Notes under the pieces: model-generated
The model's database searches: none
Told to the model about the DNA's origin: nothing
What the model saw: the letters and a program-made list of their open reading frames with translations, nothing else
Origin: a bacterium
GTDB lineage: Bacteria > Zhuqueibacterota > Zhuqueibacteria > Residuimicrobiales > Krinioviventaceae
Assembly (NCBI GenBank): GCA_963693055.1
Contig: OY843751.1
Location: 4,448,001-4,512,000, forward strand
Direction of reading: 5' to 3'
Length of the DNA: 64,000 nucleotides
Program-made: the position numbers and the translations under genes
Shown here: positions 8,918 to 19,020 of the stretch, one piece after another
Position numbering within the stretch: the stretch's first letter is position 1
How the letters are laid out: every line of letters starts with the position of its first letter

Positions 8918-10423
8918 ATGTCTTCTCAACTCGTAATTGTTGAACAGCGAAGCGATTGGAAACCTCAATATCCCGATATTGAGGTTGCAACAGCAGGCGA
9001 ATATATTAGCGATCCCAAATACGCAAAGCTTAAAAACCTGCGCATATTCAACCTTTGCCGAAATTATCGCTACCTCAGCCTGGGATATTACTGTTCTCTG
9101 CTGGCAGAGGCCCGTCAGCATAAAATATTACCAACCGTTAAAACCATTACGGACCTGAGCAGCAAATCCATATACAGTTTAAACATTGAAGATCTGCACA
9201 ACATTATTCAAAAAAGTCTTAAAAGCAAAAGCTCTCTCGATCAAAACGCCTTTACGTTGTTTATTTATTTTGGTCAGTGCGCTGACCCTGATTTTTCTGA
9301 ACTTGCCCGGCAGTTGTTCGATATTTATCCCAGTCCGGCATTACGTGTGGAATTCAAGCTACAGGCTGACTGGCAAATCTCTGCAATCCGCTCCGGGCAT
9401 TTTACAAACTGGCCGGAAGAGCAGGTAACACAATTCATTCAAGCCTTTAACGCCTATTCAACCAAGCGCTGGCTCAGACCCAAAGAAACAAAACATCAGC
9501 GTTATGACCTGGCAATACTGGTCAATCCGGAAGACCCACTACCTCCTTCCAACAAACGCGCTCTGAAAAAATTCGAAAAAATAGGTAAAGAGCTGGGCCT
9601 GGCAGTGGACTTTATAACCAAAAAAGATTTTTCTCGTCTGGCAGAATATGATGCCCTGTTTATCCGTGAAACCACCCAGATAGACCACCATACATTTCGT
9701 TTTGCCAGACGCGCGGAAAGCGAAGGTCTTGTAGTTATTGATGATCCCACATCCATTGTCAAATGCACAAATAAAATTTTTCTATTCGAGCAGTTGACAG
9801 CACAAAAGATCCCCATACCCATCACCCGATTGCTAAAAAAAGATGATCCCAAAGATATTACTGCATTAGAAAAAGCGATTCCGTATCCCATTGTTCTGAA
9901 AATGCCGCAAAGTTCTTTTTCACGAGGGGTGCACAAGGTTAAAGATCATGATGAATTGATACAAATGACCACTCAATTGTTTTCCGAATCAGACATTCTT
10001 CTGGCACAGGAATACATGTATACCGAATATGACTGGCGAATCGGTGTTCTCAATGGCGAACCTTTATACGCATGTCAGTATTTCATGTCCCGTCACCACT
10101 GGCAGATCGTAAAACACACCAAATCCGGTAAATTCAGTACAGGGCAATATAAAACCTGGCCCATTGACCAGGTAGACCCCAAAATCATTAAAACTGCGTT
10201 ACAATCCACACAACACATAGGTAACGGCTTGTATGGCGTGGATTTAAAATTTATAAACAACAAGGTCAAAGTCATTGAAGTGAATGACAATCCCAATATA
10301 GATGCCGGAGTAGAAGATGCATTTTTAAAAAACGAGTTGTATTATAAAATACTGGGAGAATTTACAAGACGCCTGGATAATAAAAAGTCCGGTAATGGCA
10401 ACGGCTGGAAACAGGAAAACTGA
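8918..10423 (+). CDS. RimK-family ATP-grasp ligase with N-terminal RLAN domain
   Basis: NLCRNYRYLSLGYYCSLLAEAR (RLAN); ATP-grasp motifs SSFSRGV, YDWRIGVL, YGVDLK, IEVNDNP. Confidence 0.9.
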   Translation: MSSQLVIVEQRSDWKPQYPDIEVATAGEYISDPKYAKLKNLRIFNLCRNYRYLSLGYYCSLLAEARQHKILPTVKTITDLSSKSIYSLNIEDLHNIIQKSLKSKSSLDQNAFTLFIYFGQCADPDFSELARQLFDIYPSPALRVEFKLQADWQISAIRSGHFTNWPEEQVTQFIQAFNAYSTKRWLRPKETKHQRYDLAILVNPEDPLPPSNKRALKKFEKIGKELGLAVDFITKKDFSRLAEYDALFIRETTQIDHHTFRFARRAESEGLVVIDDPTSIVKCTNKIFLFEQLTAQKIPIPITRLLKKDDPKDITALEKAIPYPIVLKMPQSSFSRGVHKVKDHDELIQMTTQLFSESDILLAQEYMYTEYDWRIGVLNGEPLYACQYFMSRHHWQIVKHTKSGKFSTGQYKTWPIDQVDPKIIKTALQSTQHIGNGLYGVDLKFINNKVKVIEVNDNPNIDAGVEDAFLKNELYYKILGEFTRRLDNKKSGNGNGWKQEN

Positions 10424-10449
10424 ATTCCGGAAAAACTTTAGGAAAAACA

Positions 10450-10478
10450 TTGAATAAAAAATAAATTGTTATTATAAT
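10450..10478 (+). promoter_or_regulatory. sigma70-like promoter TTGAAT-17-TATAAT upstream of the CDF/ABC operon
   Basis: Near-consensus hexamers with a 17-nt spacer. Confidence 0.55.
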
Positions 10479-10690
10479 AACCAGGCATTAACGATCTGAA
10501 ATACTGGTTCAATTTATACGAGTTATGATGGATTAATGTGTTACAAATACAATGAAATACCGTATATAACCGGGAACGCTAATAATAGACAGTAATCCGT
10601 CAACGTTTGGCTGAATCTCATGAAATAATATTCCCAGGTATTGTGTTGATTTAACAACCCGGAAATGAAAAATAGTAAAACAGGTACCGC

Positions 10691-11563
10691 ATGTCACAGG
10701 AATCACATAAACTCACATTACTCTCTGGTTGGATATCGATAATTGGCAATATTCTTTTATTCATAGTCAAACTGTGGGCAGGTTTGGTAACCGGCTCTGT
10801 AGCCCTTATTGCTGATGCATGGCACACGCTTTCAGATTCCGCATCTTCGCTTGTTGTGATAATCAGCGCCAATTTCTCAATCAAACCCGCAGACAAAGAA
10901 CACCCCTTTGGTCATGGTAGAATTGAATTAATCTCGTCCATTATTATTGGAGTTATGCTGGCATTTGTTGCCTTTGATTTTTTCATTCAAGCCATAGACA
11001 AATTAAGGCACCGCGAAACGGTTGTATTTGGCACCTTTGCCATTGTAGCTACGGTTTTATCTATTATTGTCAAAGAAGGCATGGCGCAATATGCTATTTG
11101 GGCTTCTAAAAAAGTGGATTCCCCCATGCTTCGCGCTGATGCCTGGCACCACCGTTCAGATGCCCTTTCTTCAGTTATTATCCTTATAGGTATTTTTCTG
11201 GCCCCCCTCTGGTGGTGGATTGATGGCGTTCTGGGTATTGTTGTATCTCTTTTCATTATTCATACCACCGTTACTTTATTTAAAGAGAATATCAATCCCC
11301 TGTTGGGTGAAGAACCTGACAAAGCCATGATAAATTCAATCCACAAGATTTGTGATGAACAGTTTGAACAGCATGTAAACGCGCACCACTTTCATCTGCA
11401 TCGTTACGGCAGGCACAAAGAATTGACATTTCACATCAGATTGCCGGGAAATATGGATCTGCAAAACGCTCATAAAATTGCCTCAACCATTGAACGTTCC
11501 GTAGAGAAAAATCTAAATGTCATTGCAACCATTCACATGGAACCTATGGAATCCAAAAAATGA
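10691..11563 (+). CDS. Cation diffusion facilitator (FieF-like) transporter
   Basis: ALIADAWHTLSD, HPFGHGRIE, ADAWHHRSD, C-terminal IHMEP. Confidence 0.92.
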   Translation: MSQESHKLTLLSGWISIIGNILLFIVKLWAGLVTGSVALIADAWHTLSDSASSLVVIISANFSIKPADKEHPFGHGRIELISSIIIGVMLAFVAFDFFIQAIDKLRHRETVVFGTFAIVATVLSIIVKEGMAQYAIWASKKVDSPMLRADAWHHRSDALSSVIILIGIFLAPLWWWIDGVLGIVVSLFIIHTTVTLFKENINPLLGEEPDKAMINSIHKICDEQFEQHVNAHHFHLHRYGRHKELTFHIRLPGNMDLQNAHKIASTIERSVEKNLNVIATIHMEPMESKK

Positions 11564-12414
11564 TTACTGTACAAAATCTGAATTTCACCTATCCGGGAAA
11601 TAAAACACAAACCTTACATGATCTAAATTTTGCAATACCACCGGGTGAAATATTCGGATTTCTGGGGCCAAGCGGAGCTGGCAAAAGCACAACACAAAAA
11701 CTGCTCATCGGACTTCTCAAGGGATATTCCGGCGCCATTGAGGTCAATGGCGCTGATATGAAACATATAAAACCCAACTTTTACGAATCCATTGGTGTCA
11801 TGTTTGAATTTCCAAATCTCTACACCAAATTCAGCGCGATTGAGAATCTGTTATTTTTCAAAAAATTGTACAAATCCACAACAACAAATCCTTATGAACT
11901 GTTGGCCAAAACCGGACTGGAAAGAGATGCCAACACACGAGTTGCAGAATTCTCTAAAGGAATGAAAGTACGTTTAAATTTTTGCCGCGCTTTGCTCAAC
12001 ACACCCAAACTGTTATTTCTGGACGAACCTACATCCGGACTCGATCCAACCAATACCCGCAACATGATCAATCTCATCCGCGAGCTTGCCGACAATGGCA
12101 CTACAGTAATTCTCTCTACCCATAACATGCATGTAGCCGATGTCTTGTGCAATCGGGTAGCATTTATTGTTGATGGCAAATTACCGCTGATCAACTCTCC
12201 CCGCGAACTGAAACTGGAACACGGTAAACGACTATTGACGGTTGAATTTCGCCAGAACAACCATTTGTTAAAACAAAACTTTCAGCTTGATGGTTTGGCA
12301 AAAAATACAGAATTCCATACACTGCTTCAAGATAAACATGTGGAAACCATGCACACCCAGGAAGCCACACTTGAAGACATTTTCATCAAAACCACCGGCA
12401 GGGCACTGCAATGA
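11560..12414 (+). CDS. ABC exporter ATP-binding protein (fluoroquinolone-export type)
   Basis: Walker A GPSGAGKST, signature FSKGM, LFLDEPTSGLD; ends EATLEDIFIKTTGRAL. Confidence 0.92.
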   Translation: MITVQNLNFTYPGNKTQTLHDLNFAIPPGEIFGFLGPSGAGKSTTQKLLIGLLKGYSGAIEVNGADMKHIKPNFYESIGVMFEFPNLYTKFSAIENLLFFKKLYKSTTTNPYELLAKTGLERDANTRVAEFSKGMKVRLNFCRALLNTPKLLFLDEPTSGLDPTNTRNMINLIRELADNGTTVILSTHNMHVADVLCNRVAFIVDGKLPLINSPRELKLEHGKRLLTVEFRQNNHLLKQNFQLDGLAKNTEFHTLLQDKHVETMHTQEATLEDIFIKTTGRALQ

Positions 12415-13112
12415 GATTTTTAGCCTCATTCAAACATGATGTGGTCTTTCAGTTCAGACATGGATTTTATTACGCGTATCTGGTTCTGACAATCATCTAT
12501 ATTCTCGCATTAATGCCGCTTAAAGGTATGGTTCAGAACACGGTTACAACACTTGTCCTCATTACCGATGTTGGTATGATTGGGTTCTTTTTCGTAGGCG
12601 CTATCGTCATTCTGGAAAAAGGACAAAACCTGCTGGAATCTGTTTTTGTAACTCCATTGAGACTGAATGAATATCTGCTTTCCAAAGTAGCTTCACTTGC
12701 ACTATTGGCATTACTTTCCGCGCTTGTTATTGCTAAAAGTGTGTATGGTTTCTCGGTTTTTCTCTTGTTGTTTATACCGGGTATGGCATTGGGGACCGCC
12801 TTTTATACATTGTTCGGAATCTGGGTAGCTATTCGATCTAAAAACGTGAACGATTATTTTGCCAAAGCGCTGGGTTTTGGCCTGCTTCTTTCACTTCCAC
12901 TGGTAGATTATCTTAACATTCTAAAAAGCACCCTGTTCCACCTGTTTCCCGCTAACGCAATGCTGGTATTCTTGAGTTCCCTGTACTCACCCCGCACTCT
13001 GTCTGATATTTTAATTGCATTTCTAACATTAATCATATGGACAGCTGGTGCAGCATTTCTGGTCCAACGGGATTTTAAAAAATACATTATCCTCCAAATG
13101 GGGGTAAAATGA
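12411..13112 (+). CDS. ABC exporter permease
   Basis: Multiple hydrophobic segments, LEKG...VTPL motif; ATGA overlap with the ATPase gene. Confidence 0.85.
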   Translation: MRFLASFKHDVVFQFRHGFYYAYLVLTIIYILALMPLKGMVQNTVTTLVLITDVGMIGFFFVGAIVILEKGQNLLESVFVTPLRLNEYLLSKVASLALLALLSALVIAKSVYGFSVFLLLFIPGMALGTAFYTLFGIWVAIRSKNVNDYFAKALGFGLLLSLPLVDYLNILKSTLFHLFPANAMLVFLSSLYSPRTLSDILIAFLTLIIWTAGAAFLVQRDFKKYIILQMGVK

Positions 13113-13837
13113 TCAAACAAACACTTGCATTTTCATTGTCTGATACGAAAAACATTCTCAGGGACTCTACCCTGTTGTTAATGGCATTCGGCACATTGGG
13201 TATTTTGTTAATCCTGCGCTTCGGCGTACCTACGCTTGGCGCGTTTCTCTTTCAGCAATATAATTTCAAGCTTGATGTTTATTACCCGTACATTGTCTGT
13301 TTCATGGGATTCGTTCCGCCTCTTTTATTTGGAATGATCAGTGGATTTATTATTCTTGAAGAACGAGATCAGGAGATAATTACATTCATAAGCATTACTC
13401 CGCTGGGTAAAACCGGCTATATTGCTTACAAGATGATTTTTTCCATGCTGACCGGATTTATATTTTATTTTCTAATCATCTATTCCACAGGATTATTGAC
13501 CCTGCCGTTAATGCAAACCACCGCACTCGCCGCAGGCGCCATGTTTATTGCACCCGTCACCGCTTTAATTCTGGCAGCATTTGCAGAGAACAAAGTCCAG
13601 GGACTGGCTCTGGCAAAAATAACCGGCATTCAGTTACTGGCCCCACTTGCAGTTTTTTTTGTGCCCGGTCACTGGAAATATATTGCAGCACTGCTTCCCA
13701 CCTTTTGGCTGACAAAAGCCTTTTTAGCGGTAATTTCACATCAGCATTCTTTTGTTATTTTTATTCTTATAGGATATTTGCTTTATTTGATATTCTTGAT
13801 TATATTTATGAAATGTTTTACTTCCAGACAGCGTTAA
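13109..13837 (+). CDS. ABC exporter permease (second subunit)
   Basis: LEERD...ITPL and AENKVQGLA motifs; hydrophobic; ATGA overlap. Confidence 0.85.
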   Translation: MIKQTLAFSLSDTKNILRDSTLLLMAFGTLGILLILRFGVPTLGAFLFQQYNFKLDVYYPYIVCFMGFVPPLLFGMISGFIILEERDQEIITFISITPLGKTGYIAYKMIFSMLTGFIFYFLIIYSTGLLTLPLMQTTALAAGAMFIAPVTALILAAFAENKVQGLALAKITGIQLLAPLAVFFVPGHWKYIAALLPTFWLTKAFLAVISHQHSFVIFILIGYLLYLIFLIIFMKCFTSRQR

Positions 13838-13965
13838 GTTAAAAACCACTGTCGATATCCCGTCAAAGCTATAACTAACAATCTAAAAAATTGCAGGAAA
13901 TGTATGACGCTGCATGATATCATACAATTTTTTCAAGAAATCGGAATTTAACAAGGGGAATTTAA

Positions 13966-14649
13966 ATGCCAAACCAGCACATGCAGTCCAAAAACAAAAA
14001 GTACAGTATGCAGTTTTTTGCTTTCTTTATTATTACTATAACATTGGCATCAGGTACAATTTATTTTATACAACATTACACTCAAGACAAGCAGGCAAAT
14101 TCTACAATGCTGCAATCCATGACAGTACTTGAAGGACGATTCAAAACCACAGGTACCTATACGGACCTGCTCTCTTGGTTTTTAATTTTCAATCAGATAC
14201 AGGAGCATTATCACAACTATCAGGACCGCTATCTGGATATTTCAGAGATTAATGATGAAAAAATTATTGCTATTGATCCTTCCAAAGTCGTTAATAATGT
14301 TAGACAGACCTTTTGGGACAATAGTGTATATATGGACAGCTTTGTTCCACCCGATACCCTGAAAAGCCATCTCTACACGGTTTACGGGAAATATTACGCA
14401 GAATTTTTATCACGTCTTGATCCGGAATATTATACAACAGAATTCAAAATAGATAAAGACAAAAGCAACTATGAAATTGCTGTTTTCGAAAGTAAAGATA
14501 TCACTCTTGACCAGGACGCTCAGGACTATTGGGTATTCAGTAGCAAAGACAGCCTCTTTATGTTTCATGACCGCGGCAATAAAATGTCGACCGATGAGCG
14601 AATTAATGCCTATACGGATATCATGTTTGAAAACCTGGATAAAAAATAG
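13966..14649 (+). CDS. Hypothetical membrane-anchored protein
   Basis: N-terminal TM helix; AAGGGG RBS; no family recognised. Confidence 0.6.
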   Translation: MPNQHMQSKNKKYSMQFFAFFIITITLASGTIYFIQHYTQDKQANSTMLQSMTVLEGRFKTTGTYTDLLSWFLIFNQIQEHYHNYQDRYLDISEINDEKIIAIDPSKVVNNVRQTFWDNSVYMDSFVPPDTLKSHLYTVYGKYYAEFLSRLDPEYYTTEFKIDKDKSNYEIAVFESKDITLDQDAQDYWVFSSKDSLFMFHDRGNKMSTDERINAYTDIMFENLDKK

Positions 14650-14747
14650 TTTTGAACCCTGGTGCCGCATACGAGTATAACAATCAATATGTAAACGGAA
14701 CAAACTCTGAAAACAACACAAAACAATCATAGAGTGGAGTAAATAAT

Positions 14748-15440
14748 ATGGATGAAAAATCCCGGGAATCTCTCCGGCACATCCGTGTACTCATCAACGA
14801 CCTGGAACAGCTAATCCCTCAATCCATTGACAGTGGATCCGTAACGCCTGCTGAACGTATCCCAATTAAAACCGAGTTATTAATGGGTGTTTACTCGTGC
14901 CGTATTTATGAATTATCTCTATCGGCCTATAACCTGTTTCAAGACAGCAGGCACCTGCCTGCAATCATTATGATACGGGCAATTATGGAAACCACGGGCA
15001 TGCTGAACTGGCTGCGTAAAAAAATCCATTATATTGTTAACCATGATGAACTGGGCAGTATGGATAATTTCCTCATGCGCATGATATTTGGAAGCAGGTT
15101 GAATCCCGGTCTCAAAAAATCATACAACATTCTTGACGGTATAGACAAGATAAACAAAGAGACTCCGGGTTTCCGCAAAGCCTATGATATTCTTTGTGAA
15201 TATACACATCCCAACAGCGCCGGTACCTATTTCTCATATGTCACCCGGGACGATGAAAACGGCAAATTCCATCTGCGCTTCAACTCGCACCACAATCCGG
15301 TTGATATCGGCTTGGGGACCTTGAATAGCTGCCTTGAAATAGCAATTTTCTCTCTTAAACATATAAATGATAATTTTAAAACATTCATAGAAATCTGTGA
15401 AAATACTATTGAAGCGCAATCAGACACTGAGGACAAATAA
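14748..15440 (+). CDS. Hypothetical protein, HEPN-like/DUF5677-like helical fold
   Basis: R-x3-E (RAIMET) and Y-x2-L-C-x3-HP (YDILCEYTHP) motif pair. Confidence 0.55.
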   Translation: MDEKSRESLRHIRVLINDLEQLIPQSIDSGSVTPAERIPIKTELLMGVYSCRIYELSLSAYNLFQDSRHLPAIIMIRAIMETTGMLNWLRKKIHYIVNHDELGSMDNFLMRMIFGSRLNPGLKKSYNILDGIDKINKETPGFRKAYDILCEYTHPNSAGTYFSYVTRDDENGKFHLRFNSHHNPVDIGLGTLNSCLEIAIFSLKHINDNFKTFIEICENTIEAQSDTEDK

Positions 15441-16168
15441 TGAGATTACACTATTTTCAACATGTACCTTTTGAAGACCTGGGCAATATTAAAGACTGGG
15501 CATTGAATAAGAATATGGAAATTACAAGCACCCGATTTTATAAAGGCGAAACACCTCCCGAACCGGACGAGTATGACTGGCTGGTCGTGATGGGCGGCCC
15601 CATGGGTATATATGATTACGAACTCTATCCCTGGCTCAAAAAAGAAAAAAGGGCCATACGTAAAGCACTCAAAGACAATAAAACCATACTGGGTATATGT
15701 CTTGGCGCCCAGCTCATTTCAGATGTCTTGGGCGGCCAAGTAACCCAAAACCCGGAAAAAGAGATTGGATGGTTTCCCATTATCAAGTATGAACAGGCGA
15801 ACCAATCACCCATCGCTGCATTTTTGCCTCAAGAGACAATTGCCTTTCACTGGCATGGAGACACATTCCCCATTCCCGAAGGAGCTGTTCCTCTGGCTTT
15901 TAGTGAGGCATGCCAGAACCAGGGATTCATATACAAAGACCGTATTGTTGGGCTTCAATTTCATCTTGAATCTACACCTAAAAGTGTACAGCTATTAATC
16001 GACAATTGCAGTGACGAACTGGTAAATGCTCCATATATCCAATCTGTAAAAACATTACAAACCGATGCATATTTCCCCCATATCAATGCAATCATGGAAT
16101 CACTGTTGGAAAAATTGTATGCAAACATAACCGTTGATGCTCAAGAATCCCCCAATACTTTTGAATAA
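15440..16168 (+). CDS. Type 1 glutamine amidotransferase
   Basis: QHVPFE, MGGP, GICLGAQL (Cys), WHGD, LQFHLE (His/Glu). Confidence 0.92.
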   Translation: MRLHYFQHVPFEDLGNIKDWALNKNMEITSTRFYKGETPPEPDEYDWLVVMGGPMGIYDYELYPWLKKEKRAIRKALKDNKTILGICLGAQLISDVLGGQVTQNPEKEIGWFPIIKYEQANQSPIAAFLPQETIAFHWHGDTFPIPEGAVPLAFSEACQNQGFIYKDRIVGLQFHLESTPKSVQLLIDNCSDELVNAPYIQSVKTLQTDAYFPHINAIMESLLEKLYANITVDAQESPNTFE

Positions 16169-16227
16169 TTGTCACTCGTAATTTGTTCACTAACAAAAGT
16201 AAATGACAAATTATCGTGAGGAATGAC

Positions 16228-16869
16228 ATGGTTGTTAAACAATTTCGAACCGGAGGAGACCGGAACTTTGGGTATTTAATTGCCGATGAAGAATCGAAAC
16301 AGGCGGTTATTGTTGATCCTTCATACTCACCGGATATGCTGGTAGATTATGCTGAAGAAAATAATTTAACAATCCGTTATATATTCATCACTCACGACCA
16401 CTATGATCACACAAACGGTAACCAGGCAATATATAAACGAACAGGTATCAAACCTCTTTTATATGGGACACGGGAAGAACAAACCGGCAAAACAATCTCT
16501 GACAATACTGAACTGTCACTGGGAAGTCTGTCCGTAAAAATAATTCATACACCCGGGCACACACATGATTGTATGTGTGTATTGATTAAAGATGCTCTGT
16601 TTACCGGAGATACCTTGTTTGTGGGCAAAATTGGGGGTACTGATTTCGGCGAGGCTGCCAAAGTGGAATATGAATCATTACATAAAAAACTCCTGGTCCT
16701 GCCAGATCACATCCGCGTCTTTCCTGGACATGATTACGGTACAGAGCCGGAATCCACAATAGGGCACGAGAGGAAAACCAACCCCTTTCTCATACAACCG
16801 GATTTTAACTCGTTTGTTGAGCTAAAGCGCAATTGGGGCGCGTACAAGGCAAAACATGGCATTAAATAA
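16228..16869 (+). CDS. MBL-fold metallo-hydrolase (glyoxalase II-like)
   Basis: THDHYDH, HTPGHT, FTGDTLF, PGHDY. Confidence 0.92.
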   Translation: MVVKQFRTGGDRNFGYLIADEESKQAVIVDPSYSPDMLVDYAEENNLTIRYIFITHDHYDHTNGNQAIYKRTGIKPLLYGTREEQTGKTISDNTELSLGSLSVKIIHTPGHTHDCMCVLIKDALFTGDTLFVGKIGGTDFGEAAKVEYESLHKKLLVLPDHIRVFPGHDYGTEPESTIGHERKTNPFLIQPDFNSFVELKRNWGAYKAKHGIK

Positions 16870-16901
16870 AAAAAGCCGTGGTATTCAACCACGGCTTTAT
16901 T
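16868..16901. terminator. Bidirectional intrinsic terminator
   Basis: aaagccgtggt-attca-accacggcttt between convergent genes. Confidence 0.8.
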
Positions 16902-16903
16902 GT

Positions 16904-17758
16904 TTAAAAGAAACTGTAACTCAGTCCAACAGCAAGCGCCTGCTTTAACTGCCGCTTTTTGGAAACATCCTTGTCATATATCATTTTAACATTAAAATTC
17001 ATATTCACATATTGAGATACCTTGGCGGTTAAAACCGTATCCCAGTTTACATCAATTTCGTCAAAAGCAACCAGATTGGAAAACAGTTCAAGCTTTGAAG
17101 TAAGTTTACTGGTTTTGGTAATATTGATATCCAGGTCAGTAACCGATTCCATACCGTACTCGAAACGGTTCTTTTCAATCTTGGCCGTTGCCGGATCATC
17201 CGCAAAAGGTACAGAATAATCATTAGTAATGGTTTGTTTCAACGACGCACCCAAACGTGTTCCAATTGATGAATTGGGTTTAAATCCAAATCCCATACTT
17301 TCTCTGAAATAAATGGGATCAATGAGATCAGATATCTGTACCTTGGGCTCCACTTTATAATTATATCCCGGTGCGAACTGGGTTTCACCAGTTGCCGCAA
17401 CAAAAGGATCAACTGCAATACCCAGTTTATACTTGTAAACCGATTCAAGCTTAATTTCGTCAATGGACTTTTTCATCTCATCATCATTGACCTTGTTCAT
17501 TCCATAATTCAGCTTTCCACTGTTGACCCAGTTGAAATGTTCCTGGTCATTTTCAAATTTAAAGTTGTAATTCAATTGCCAGGCCAGGGTATTTTCACCA
17601 CCCTGCACATAATTATCAAAACTGGTTTGGGTTAAATTTACACCCACTGCCATCTCTTTTTTCCAGCCATATTTGTTTGCTGTAGAGTCAGCATCCTGAG
17701 CGATTAATGATGTGGACAGCAATAAAACTGCTGCTACTGCAATAATATACTGTTTCAT
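16904..17758 (-). CDS. DUF3078 outer-membrane beta-barrel protein
   Basis: Signal peptide, NLTQTSFDN...GGEN, TQFAPGY, C-terminal aromatic YSFF. Confidence 0.8.
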   Translation of the reverse strand: MKQYIIAVAAVLLLSTSLIAQDADSTANKYGWKKEMAVGVNLTQTSFDNYVQGGENTLAWQLNYNFKFENDQEHFNWVNSGKLNYGMNKVNDDEMKKSIDEIKLESVYKYKLGIAVDPFVAATGETQFAPGYNYKVEPKVQISDLIDPIYFRESMGFGFKPNSSIGTRLGASLKQTITNDYSVPFADDPATAKIEKNRFEYGMESVTDLDINITKTSKLTSKLELFSNLVAFDEIDVNWDTVLTAKVSQYVNMNFNVKMIYDKDVSKKRQLKQALAVGLSYSFF

Positions 17759-17836
17759 ATGTTCTCCATTTATTATTTTATAATATTAGACAAAAAAAAG
17801 TAGCAAACATTCCATTTTTTTTATTTTAATGAAAAA

Positions 17837-19009
17837 TCAGAATAAATTCCCAAATGTAGCATAGATTGCAAATGAACGATATTTGGAATATCCTATATCC
17901 AACGCTCCCACAAAATCCTTGTTCCATTTAACATGGAGACCCATACCCCGGGTAAAATGAAAATCAGAAATCGATTTCTTTTCTTCATTCAACCAGATTC
18001 TTCCCGCATCCACAAAACCATGAATATAACTTGTAAAATCTTGTTTCAAAATTGTCACTTTTAAAACTCTGCATCGCAATTCAAAATTCCCCATAAATTT
18101 ATTTGGTCCTATCAGAAAAAAACGCGGCAGCCCACGCAGGCTGTAACCACCGCCCAAACCTTCTCTGCGTTGATAAGAACTGCTGAAAAACGACATTTCA
18201 TAAAACGGAGGATCACCCGGCATGGTCTCGAACATGAGACGCTGCGCGTAAACCAAACGGGGGTGCAAAGAAAAGTATCTGCGGTCCGTAAAAGTTGCCC
18301 GCCAGTACGAATACTCACCACCCAATGCTTTAACAGATTTCTCTACCAAAACTTCTGTCCAAAATCCTTTACTGGGTACAGATTCGGAATCACGCTGATC
18401 ATACACAACACCTGCCTGGAAATAATTGGAAATACCGCCTTCTATCCCATACGGACTATCGTTAACATAAAGAGTTGTTCCTTCATGGCTTGTAACGTTA
18501 GTATCATAGTATCCCACTCCGGCCAACCCTTTTAATCCATCCCTGAATAATGGGAATTGTAACTTGGCCATTACCGCCAGCCATTTACGTTTATATTTGT
18601 AATAGTTTTCATCGATGAACAATGCATCATCCGCTTCTTTAAACTCGCGATGATAATCAATATCATTCCCAATTCCCAGATAATCATCATAAACAAACCG
18701 CTTGGAATCAAAAAATATATCAAAGCGTGAATTTGGACCTATAATTTCAGGGATGTCCCAAAAAACAAAAATATCTCGACGCTGTTCAGTGGTTACACTA
18801 TAATTTATAACCAGGTTCCACTTGTATGGCTGCACACTGCCATCGCCATATTGATACAAAAACACCCTGCCGCCATATTGCAAACCTTCACCACTGCTAT
18901 AAGCCAGTGTTGGCAAACCTGCAATACTGAGTCCTATTGAATTCGATTCAGCTTTCAATGCAAGAGAATATAATAATAGCACTAGAATAAAAATTGCTTT
19001 TCTTTTCAC
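17837..19009 (-). CDS. Omp85/BamA-TamA-family surface antigen (barrel only)
   Basis: GLP.LAYSS.EG, YDQRDSE..PSKG, GLGGGYSLRG, GNFELR, C-terminal F. Confidence 0.8.
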   Translation of the reverse strand: MKRKAIFILVLLLYSLALKAESNSIGLSIAGLPTLAYSSGEGLQYGGRVFLYQYGDGSVQPYKWNLVINYSVTTEQRRDIFVFWDIPEIIGPNSRFDIFFDSKRFVYDDYLGIGNDIDYHREFKEADDALFIDENYYKYKRKWLAVMAKLQFPLFRDGLKGLAGVGYYDTNVTSHEGTTLYVNDSPYGIEGGISNYFQAGVVYDQRDSESVPSKGFWTEVLVEKSVKALGGEYSYWRATFTDRRYFSLHPRLVYAQRLMFETMPGDPPFYEMSFFSSSYQRREGLGGGYSLRGLPRFFLIGPNKFMGNFELRCRVLKVTILKQDFTSYIHGFVDAGRIWLNEEKKSISDFHFTRGMGLHVKWNKDFVGALDIGYSKYRSFAIYATFGNLF

Positions 19010-19020
19010 ACCTTTACCCG

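Noticed and set aside
10479-10690. NiCo (czcD) riboswitch
   Set aside because: Conserved four-way-junction sequence not recognisable
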